Source: Phycisphaeraceae bacterium
GTDB taxonomy: Bacteria; Planctomycetota; Phycisphaerae; Phycisphaerales; Phycisphaeraceae
Reading direction: 5' to 3'
Assembly (NCBI GenBank): GCA_020848195.1
Contig: JADLAP010000081.1
Span: 8,822 to 72,821 of the forward strand
Length of the DNA: 64,000 nt
Of the stretch, positions 53,180 through 60,409 are shown one piece after another. Every line of letters starts with the position of its first letter. The stretch's first letter is position 1. The translations under genes and the position numbers were made by a program. The notes under the pieces were generated by a model that did not search any database, had not been told where the DNA came from, and saw only the letters and a list, made by a program, of their open reading frames with translations.

Positions 53180-54606
53180 ACGACACGCCGCGAACGCTCA
53201 TCTTCGTGCCGACCTACAACGAACGCGACAACGCGCCGCGCATGGCGCATGAACTACTCGGCCTGCCCGTGGATGCCGATGTGCTGTTCGTGGACGACAA
53301 CTCACCCGACGGCACCGGTGAACTGCTCGACCAGATCGCCGCGACGCAGCCCCGGCTCCGCGTGCTGCACCGCACGGGCAAACTCGGTATCGGCAGCGCC
53401 CATATCCACGGCATCGCGTGGGCCTACGACCAGGGATATCAGCGCCTGGTCACCATGGACTGCGACTTCACGCACATGCCCAGCGACATTCCCCGTCTGC
53501 TCGAACACGCGGGACAGTATCCCGTCGTCGTCGGCTCGCGGTACATGCAGAAGGACAGCCTGCCGGGCTGGAACCTTCTGCGGCGGACGCTGACGAACAT
53601 GGGCCACATCGCCACGCGCCGGCTGCTCGGACTCACGCAGGACGCCACCGGCGCGTTCCGCGTGTACGACCTGACGAAAGTCCCGCGCGATCTGTTCGCA
53701 CAGGTCATGTCGCGCAGTTACGCCTTCTTCTTCGAGAGCCTGTTCCTGCTGCACCGCAACGGTCTGGCGATTCACGAAGTGCCCATCGTGCTGCCCGCCC
53801 GGACGTACGGCAACTCCAAAATGGCGGCGCGTGATGCCATTCGTTCCGCGCTGCGCATCGTGGAGCTGTACGTTCAGTTGCGGGCGAATCCGCGTCAGTT
53901 CCACGTCTGCCGACCGTTCACCGAGTTCAATCCCGAGCTGACCGATCCGCAGAACTGGAACGCCTATTGGGACGAAAAGCGGCTGCCCAGCCATGTGCTG
54001 TACGACATCCTGGCGATGCTGTACCGCAATGCGATCATCCGGCGTCAACTGCGGGCGGCCGTGCGCAGACGCTTCGCTCCCGGCAGCGATCTGCTGCACG
54101 CCGGCTGCGGCAGTGGACTGGCGGACGCCGACCTGCAGGAGGATTACCGCATCACCGCGATGGACATTTCCCCGGCGGCGATCCGGCTCTATCGGCGCAA
54201 CAATCCGCGGGCTTACGCGCTGCGTCATGCCGACCTGTTCGATCTGCCGTTCGAGGACGGCCAGTTCGATGGCGTATACAACCTGGGCGTGATGGAACAT
54301 TTCACACCGGAGCAGATCACGGAAATATTGCGTCAGTTGCACCGCGTGCTGCGGCCGGAGGGTCAGTTGCTGCTGTTCTGGCCTCACCGTTTCGCCACCA
54401 GCGCGGCGGTGCTCGATCTGACGCACTTTGTCCTCAACCGCGTGCTGGGGAAACAGGTGCAACTGCATCCTCCGGAAATCGCGCGTCTGCGCGGGCGCAA
54501 GGCGGCAGAACAGTTGCTCGCCGATGCGGGATTCACGCTGATGGACTACCGCTTCGGCCCCTCGGACGGCTGGGTGCAGGCGGTGCTGACCGCGCGCAAG
54601 ACGTGA
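53176..54606 (+). CDS. fusion protein: GT2 polyprenyl-phosphate sugar synthase-like domain plus C-terminal class I SAM methyltransferase
   Basis: ATGA overlap. N-terminus LIFVPTYNERDN...LFVDDNSPDGT...VTMDCDFTHMPSD (DPM1/ArnC-like GT2). C-terminus LLHAGCGSGLA...FDGVYNLGVMEHFTPEQITEILRQLHRVLRPEGQLL. Confidence 0.8.
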   Translation: MNDTPRTLIFVPTYNERDNAPRMAHELLGLPVDADVLFVDDNSPDGTGELLDQIAATQPRLRVLHRTGKLGIGSAHIHGIAWAYDQGYQRLVTMDCDFTHMPSDIPRLLEHAGQYPVVVGSRYMQKDSLPGWNLLRRTLTNMGHIATRRLLGLTQDATGAFRVYDLTKVPRDLFAQVMSRSYAFFFESLFLLHRNGLAIHEVPIVLPARTYGNSKMAARDAIRSALRIVELYVQLRANPRQFHVCRPFTEFNPELTDPQNWNAYWDEKRLPSHVLYDILAMLYRNAIIRRQLRAAVRRRFAPGSDLLHAGCGSGLADADLQEDYRITAMDISPAAIRLYRRNNPRAYALRHADLFDLPFEDGQFDGVYNLGVMEHFTPEQITEILRQLHRVLRPEGQLLLFWPHRFATSAAVLDLTHFVLNRVLGKQVQLHPPEIARLRGRKAAEQLLADAGFTLMDYRFGPSDGWVQAVLTARKT

Positions 54607-54614
54607 ACATCGCC

Positions 54615-56300
54615 ATGAATCAGACGCCATCCATCCCAACATTCCGGCGACTGGCTCTGCTGACGGGCGCGGCGATGACGCTGATCCTCCTGGCGGCGCA
54701 CGTCGTATTCTTCCTCCGCGCCGGCGCGATGTGGCGCGATGAAGTCAACAGCATCGTGCTGGCTACCCGCATGTCGATGCCGGAACTCTGGGCGAATCTC
54801 GACCACGATTCATTTCCGATCCTCTGGTTCCTGCTGCTGAAGCTGTGGCATGGCCTGGGTCTGGCTCCCGCGGCTTATGCGGACCTCGGCTGGCGCGCCC
54901 TGGGCCTGATCGCGGGCGCTGCGAGTCTGGCCATGATGTGGCACACGGCCCAAGCCTTCGATCCGCGGCAGCGGCGCACGCCACCATTGCTGGCGCTGGC
55001 GATTGTCGGGTTCTGTCCCGCGATGGTGCAGATCGGCGATTCGCTTCGCGCCTACGGCGTGGGCTTCGTGCTGATGCTCGCGGCCCTGACGGCCACCTGG
55101 CGCTGGCTGCGGCAACCGCGGCTGAGCCGCTGGCTGATCCTCCTGGCTACGTATCTGCTGGCGACGCACATGCTGTACTTCAACGCGATGTCGCTGCTGG
55201 CGATCGGTCTGGCGGCGGCGGCGGTGGGATGGCGCAGGCGATCGTGGCGCCAGGTCGTCGCGCCCCTTGCCGCAGGCGCTGTCGCGGCCGCGTCGCTGAT
55301 GGTCTACCTCAGTTCGTTTCGCCATGCCGCCGAGTGGAACATGCTCGTGCGCCGGCCGCTGAGCTTCATCGAGCTGGTGATGCGGCTGACCCATGCGATG
55401 CCCCGATTGGGCGGGACCGGCTCGTGGTCCGTGCCGGGATTGGTGTCCGCCGCGCTCGTCGGGCTGCTGGTGATGGCGGCTGTGGTCGTTTCCGCGCGAA
55501 GGTGGCGGCGAAGCGGGACTGATCCGCGACTGCCCGATGACCATCGCGACGCGGCGGCGGAGCGGGGCCTGTTCTGCCTGGTCGCCCTGACGGTGTATCT
55601 GCCCGCCTATGCCGGTTTCCTGATGGCGCTGAGCTATCCCGCGCTGCCCCGTTATTTTCTGGCCGCCATCGCGTTCACCGGCGTGTTCACGGACCTGGCC
55701 CTGTCGCCGACGATCGCTTCGCCGCGACGCCGGGTGGCGGCGCGATCCGCCTTCGCCCTGGCCTTCGCACTGTTGGCGACCATCGGCTTGTTCCAGTCCG
55801 CCCGAATCGCCATGACCAACGTCGACGTGGTGGCGCGGATGCTGGAGGAGCAGGCCGAGCCGGAGGATCTGATCATCGTGATGAGCTGGCACGTGTGCGT
55901 CAGCTTCGACTACCACTACCATGGCTTAGCGCCGTGGACGACGTGTCCGCCGATTCCGGTGGTGTCGTATCACCGGTACGACCTGATCAAGCAGCGCATG
56001 ATGGAGGAAGACCCGCTCAAGCCGTTGCTGGATCGCGTGGAGACGACGTTGCGATCCGGTCATCGAGTCTGGCTGGCTACACGGGTGCTGGACATTCCGG
56101 CTCCGGGCGAGGATCCCGGCCGGATGCCGGCGCTGCGCGAAGGCGACAGCTCCCACGAGTATCCCTATCTGGTGACCTGGTCGCGGCAACTGATGTCGCA
56201 TCTGCGTGAGCAATCTCGACAGGCGAAGAAGGTGGCCTTGCCGGCGACGGGGCCGGTGCAGAGCTATGAAACGCTGATGCTGTGCTGGTTTTCGCGGTGA
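54615..56300 (+). CDS. GT-C fold membrane glycosyltransferase (ArnT/PMT-like)
   Basis: Track ORF 53967..56300 trimmed to the ATG at 54615. About 10-12 TM segments, an acidic MWRDEVNS motif after TM1, and a soluble C-terminal domain. Confidence 0.7.
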   Translation: MNQTPSIPTFRRLALLTGAAMTLILLAAHVVFFLRAGAMWRDEVNSIVLATRMSMPELWANLDHDSFPILWFLLLKLWHGLGLAPAAYADLGWRALGLIAGAASLAMMWHTAQAFDPRQRRTPPLLALAIVGFCPAMVQIGDSLRAYGVGFVLMLAALTATWRWLRQPRLSRWLILLATYLLATHMLYFNAMSLLAIGLAAAAVGWRRRSWRQVVAPLAAGAVAAASLMVYLSSFRHAAEWNMLVRRPLSFIELVMRLTHAMPRLGGTGSWSVPGLVSAALVGLLVMAAVVVSARRWRRSGTDPRLPDDHRDAAAERGLFCLVALTVYLPAYAGFLMALSYPALPRYFLAAIAFTGVFTDLALSPTIASPRRRVAARSAFALAFALLATIGLFQSARIAMTNVDVVARMLEEQAEPEDLIIVMSWHVCVSFDYHYHGLAPWTTCPPIPVVSYHRYDLIKQRMMEEDPLKPLLDRVETTLRSGHRVWLATRVLDIPAPGEDPGRMPALREGDSSHEYPYLVTWSRQLMSHLREQSRQAKKVALPATGPVQSYETLMLCWFSR

Positions 56301-56328
56301 ATCGCGGCTGGGCGAACCGCGGCACGTC

Positions 56329-56979
56329 TCACACAGCCACGAGCAGATCATGTTCGGCGAACACGGAGCGGATCTGGCTGGCGGTGTCGCCGGCCGGGTC
56401 GATGCGATGCGTCTGCCATTGTCGCGCCATTGCCGCCTGGCAGTTGGGGCCGTTGTCGTCGAAGTAGAGGATCGACGAAGGCGGTACGCCGGCCGCCTGT
56501 TCAACATGGGCGAAGATCAGCGGATCGGGCTTGACCAGGCCGATCTGGAAACTGGTGAACGTGCGGTCGAACAGATGCAGGGGCAGGGCCTGGGGACCGT
56601 CGGAGGTGACCATGGCCCAGTGCATGGGGTTGGTGTTGGAGAGGCAGGCCAGGGGCACGGGTTTCGCGGCGGCAAATTGGTGGAGCAGTTCAAGGATGCC
56701 GGGATAAGGCTGATGAACCCATGCGTGCCAGACCGCCACGACCTGCTCCGGGGTGATCCGAGCCAGCGCCGCCATCGCGCGGGCGAAGGCGACATCGGTG
56801 AGCCGGCCGCGCTCGTATTGGCGGGTGATGTCCACCATGCGTCCCCACGTCTGAGGCTCTTCGACGGCGTCGGTGACGGGGACGCCGGCATCAATAGCCG
56901 CGTGACGCCAGGACGAGGCGATGCGGATCAGGACGCCGCCCAGATCGAACAACACAAGATGAACGGGTGAAGATGTCAC
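56329..56979 (-). CDS. HAD-superfamily hydrolase (subfamily IA-like)
   Basis: GTG start. Motif I LVLFDLGGVL, motif II LSNTN, motif IV-like YFDDNGPN. Confidence 0.8.
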   Translation of the reverse strand: MTSSPVHLVLFDLGGVLIRIASSWRHAAIDAGVPVTDAVEEPQTWGRMVDITRQYERGRLTDVAFARAMAALARITPEQVVAVWHAWVHQPYPGILELLHQFAAAKPVPLACLSNTNPMHWAMVTSDGPQALPLHLFDRTFTSFQIGLVKPDPLIFAHVEQAAGVPPSSILYFDDNGPNCQAAMARQWQTHRIDPAGDTASQIRSVFAEHDLLVAV

Positions 56980-57037
56980 AATTCAGGGGCCAGTGCCGGG
57001 AAAGTGGTCCCGCGCCGCCGCGTCAACCAGAACACGA

Positions 57038-58981
57038 TCAACTGCTGGCGCGGACCTGTTCGCGCAATTCGTTGTGTTTGGGGTTGGCCTTGTCCTCGTC
57101 CACGGTGCGTTCCATCAGCGCGCCGGTGTTGTTGTCGAGATAGATCATGCGGGTGGTGGTTTTGTTGGGCAGGCCGCCGGGCGCCGGGGCGTCGTAGTCG
57201 ATGTCCACGACGATGCCGCCGACGTTCATGTTGACGTTGGATTTGCCCTCGTTGTAGGTTTTCTCGACGACACCGCCGATGGGGTCGCCGGGCTGGACCT
57301 GGAATTCGTGGCTCTGCATCTTGCCGCCGAAGATGCAGTACACCTCGACGGTGGCGGACTTGTTCTGCTTGTTGCCCGTCGTGAGGAAGAAGTACTGTTC
57401 GGGGAAGATCTGCACCGGCTCGGTCCATTCGCTGGGTTCGGAGCTGAGGGTGAGCTTTTCGTAGAACTCGCGGCGCTGCAGGGCGGGAACCTGGGACTGG
57501 TAGAACAGCGGATCGATCACGGAGGCGATGACGCGATAGCGGATGCTCTGGCCGGGCTTGACGCTGATGTCGTGCTGCCAGATTTTGACGGTGCCGAGGT
57601 TGGGCATGTCGCGTGGCGATTCGCCGGGGGATCCGGGGCTTCCGGAGGTGTTGCCGTGAATGGGCATGACGCTGTCCGTGCCCTGTTGAACGAGACTGAC
57701 ATCGACGTCATGGATGCCCAGGAGCCTGTAGAGTTCGCTGGTGCGGCTCTGGAGCCGGGCTTCCAGGCCTGGCAGATCGAGGGGGAGTTTGGATTCGTCG
57801 ATGGCTTCCTCCGCGGCTGGCGCGCCCCGGCCGGCGGGCGCGGGTGTCGCGGGATTGCCGGGCGACGCAGGCGTGCCTGACGTGCCGGGGGAACCGGGGG
57901 AGCCGGGGGTTCCGGGGGAGGCGGGGCCGGACGTCCGGGTCCGCGTCGGCGTCACGATCGCGGGCCGCTCGCCGGCACCATCCTTGCGAAGCTGTTTGAT
58001 CTGCTCCTGGAACTTGCGGATGTCGTTGACGAGGGCTTGCAGTTTTTCCGCGTCACCGGGCGCCATCAGCGCGGGATTGGCCTCCGGGGGCAGCCAGATG
58101 CCCTGGTCGAGCGAGGGGAACGGAGGCCGGGCCAGACGCACGCGCTCGGCCCGCGCCGTCTCCAGCGCGGCCTTGGCTTCCGGCGGCGCCCACTTCTCCA
58201 CCGGACGACGGTAATTGACCGACAGCTTCGGCAGGAACTCGATCTCCTCGTTGCCCGGCACCGGAGGCACCGTCTCGATCGGCCCCCACTGCCCCGTCGC
58301 CGGATCCTTCACCTGTCGCTGGAGCACCACGTCCGCCACCAGCAGCACATTGCGCCACCAAGGCTCTGGAATCTGCTGACGATTGGCTTCCGGCGGCTTG
58401 GCCACCAGGCGGGTGCGCCACGTGTTGAGATCGAATTCCGCGCTGACGCTGATCCACTGGAAGTCGCGCGGCTTCTGGTCGCCGATGATCGCCTCGAATG
58501 ACCGCAGCCGCATCGGGTCCGGCGGATCCGTCAGCACCCCGAAGCCGATGCCCGTTTTGAGCGCGATGGGCGCCGGGGGCATCGGTACGAAATACGGATT
58601 GCGTTCCAGAGGCTCGGCGATCTGGAATTCCCTGGCGTTGAGGCCCGGCAGGCCCATGATGGCGGTGAACGCCGGCACGGGAAGAACGTGGCGGCTGTAC
58701 CGGGTCCAGAACTCGTTGGTGTACGGCGGCACGGTCAGCGTCATGCCCTTGAACGGCGACGGCGCGCTGTCGGAAATCTTCCGGCTCAGAGTCTCCGCTT
58801 CCTTGAGGATCAGCCGTTCCACGTCATCCGGCTGCACCGTGTCCTTGCGCGGGCCGAAGGTGACGGCGTACGGATTGGACAGGGCATAAAACCAGAGCAC
58901 GAAAAGGGCGAACACGGCGGCGATGCCGAGCACCACTTTCTCGACGTATTTCTCGAAGAGGTTGACGTTCTTCAGTTGCAT
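57038..58981 (-). CDS. bitopic membrane protein, possible greatly expanded PilP-like component
   Basis: N-terminal TM VVLGIAAVFALFVLWFYAL. SPGTPGSPGSPGTSGTP linker. The C-terminal beta-rich region with VQPGDPIGGVV is reminiscent of PilP. Third gene of the pilM-led operon. Confidence 0.65.
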   Translation of the reverse strand: MQLKNVNLFEKYVEKVVLGIAAVFALFVLWFYALSNPYAVTFGPRKDTVQPDDVERLILKEAETLSRKISDSAPSPFKGMTLTVPPYTNEFWTRYSRHVLPVPAFTAIMGLPGLNAREFQIAEPLERNPYFVPMPPAPIALKTGIGFGVLTDPPDPMRLRSFEAIIGDQKPRDFQWISVSAEFDLNTWRTRLVAKPPEANRQQIPEPWWRNVLLVADVVLQRQVKDPATGQWGPIETVPPVPGNEEIEFLPKLSVNYRRPVEKWAPPEAKAALETARAERVRLARPPFPSLDQGIWLPPEANPALMAPGDAEKLQALVNDIRKFQEQIKQLRKDGAGERPAIVTPTRTRTSGPASPGTPGSPGSPGTSGTPASPGNPATPAPAGRGAPAAEEAIDESKLPLDLPGLEARLQSRTSELYRLLGIHDVDVSLVQQGTDSVMPIHGNTSGSPGSPGESPRDMPNLGTVKIWQHDISVKPGQSIRYRVIASVIDPLFYQSQVPALQRREFYEKLTLSSEPSEWTEPVQIFPEQYFFLTTGNKQNKSATVEVYCIFGGKMQSHEFQVQPGDPIGGVVEKTYNEGKSNVNMNVGGIVVDIDYDAPAPGGLPNKTTTRMIYLDNNTGALMERTVDEDKANPKHNELREQVRASS

Positions 58982-59080
58982 GCCGTCGGCCTTTCCGGGC
59001 GTCGGGTGGATTCGGGCTTGCGGGCGCGTCGACCGTGGGACAAGCCCCGGCGCATCCTGGCCGCACGCGCAAGGTCAGGG

Positions 59081-60409
59081 TCATTCGCGCTGGGCATTGT
59101 CCTTTTGCTCCGGTTTCCTGGTGACAATGCCCAACTGTTTCTGCACGCCCTCCGGCATCAGCTTCGCGGTCCATTCCCGAAGCCAGAGCGTTTCAATGAG
59201 GATGCTGGCCTGAACGATGTCGCCGTGGCCGTAGAGGTAGCCCTTGGCGAGGTCTTCGTATTCATCGACGTCGGACAGCTTCACCTCGAGCACGGTCATG
59301 AAGTTGATTTTGGACAGTTGCTCGAAGAAGTCGGGCAACTGCTGGTAATCGACGTAGCAGTGGACGCGGACGTGCCGGACGTCGTAGATGGTGTTGCTCT
59401 TGCGTCCGGTGGGCGCGGCGGTGAAGTCGTCCGGGAGTTTCTTTTCGCCGCTGTTGTTGAGCGACCGGCCGGCGGTGTTGAAGCCGCCGCTGGAGGTGAT
59501 GCCGACGTAGCCGGGGTCCGGTTCGATCCGGATCAGACGTTTGATCGGCGCGTCGAGGACGCTGTGCTGCTTGTCGGAGACGTTGTTGGTGTCCTGAAGG
59601 GTCTGGACGATGTCCTGCTGAACCCAGAGTTCCATCTGGCCTTCCCAGACGGTTTCGATGGGGGGCTGACCGCCGGAGGCGATGGTGGCGGTCCATCCGC
59701 CCGTGAAGAACGGATATTCCGCCTGGCCGGAGTCTTTCTGGGCGTAGATGTGTATCTGCGAGGCATGCGTCTGCAGGGTCGCCAGCATCGCCGCGCGACG
59801 CCGCTGCGCCAGCTCGGCCTTCTGCTCGCCGCTCAACTGCGACTCGTCCTTGCGCGGAAAGATGGTGCTCAGGTAATCGCTGGTGGCGCCATCGATCGCC
59901 TGAGCGAGTTTCTCCTGCGGCAGCGGGCCGCCGGCGTTCAGACGCGGATACCACGCGTTGGCTGTGTAGTACAGGAACATCTCCGCCAGCGCCTTGGTGT
60001 ATTCGTCGCGGGCATTGGTCAGAAGCCAGGTCTGGTTGCCCGGCGAGGGAAACAGGTTGGGCACGAGCACGTTGTGTCGATCGTGGTTCCATTGCACCGC
60101 CCGGTCGAAAATCCTCCGATACTCGTCGTTCATCGCGTGGTAGATGGATTCGAGATCGGTGATGGCGGCCTTGTTGACGGCGATCTTCTCGCGGCGCGCC
60201 TGCTGGTCCAGATTCGCCGACGGCAGCGTCACGTCCGTCGCGCCCAGACGCTGAATCTGGTCGACCACGGAGTTGCGGTCCTGCACCCGCTTCACGAACG
60301 CGCTGCCCTGGGCGTGAACGACAAACAAGGAAACCAGGGAACCGACGCACAGGAAGACGGCGACGACGGCGATCGGATTGGCCTTGATCCAGTGGAGGGC
60401 AAGTTTCAC
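59081..60409 (-). CDS. bitopic membrane protein, possible expanded PilO-like component
   Basis: GTG start with GTGA overlap onto the upstream stop. N-terminal TM IAVVAVFLCVGSLVSLFVV. The C-terminal VRVHCYVDYQQLPDFFEQLSKINFMTVLEVKL resembles the PilO ferredoxin-like core. Confidence 0.65.
   Translation of the reverse strand: MKLALHWIKANPIAVVAVFLCVGSLVSLFVVHAQGSAFVKRVQDRNSVVDQIQRLGATDVTLPSANLDQQARREKIAVNKAAITDLESIYHAMNDEYRRIFDRAVQWNHDRHNVLVPNLFPSPGNQTWLLTNARDEYTKALAEMFLYYTANAWYPRLNAGGPLPQEKLAQAIDGATSDYLSTIFPRKDESQLSGEQKAELAQRRRAAMLATLQTHASQIHIYAQKDSGQAEYPFFTGGWTATIASGGQPPIETVWEGQMELWVQQDIVQTLQDTNNVSDKQHSVLDAPIKRLIRIEPDPGYVGITSSGGFNTAGRSLNNSGEKKLPDDFTAAPTGRKSNTIYDVRHVRVHCYVDYQQLPDFFEQLSKINFMTVLEVKLSDVDEYEDLAKGYLYGHGDIVQASILIETLWLREWTAKLMPEGVQKQLGIVTRKPEQKDNAQRE

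Noticed and set aside
50715-55922. Minus-strand ORFs 50715..52208, 51944..53020, 53302..54642 and 54810..55922
   Set aside because: They are antisense to the four translationally coupled sugar-cluster genes, each of which carries clear family motifs.
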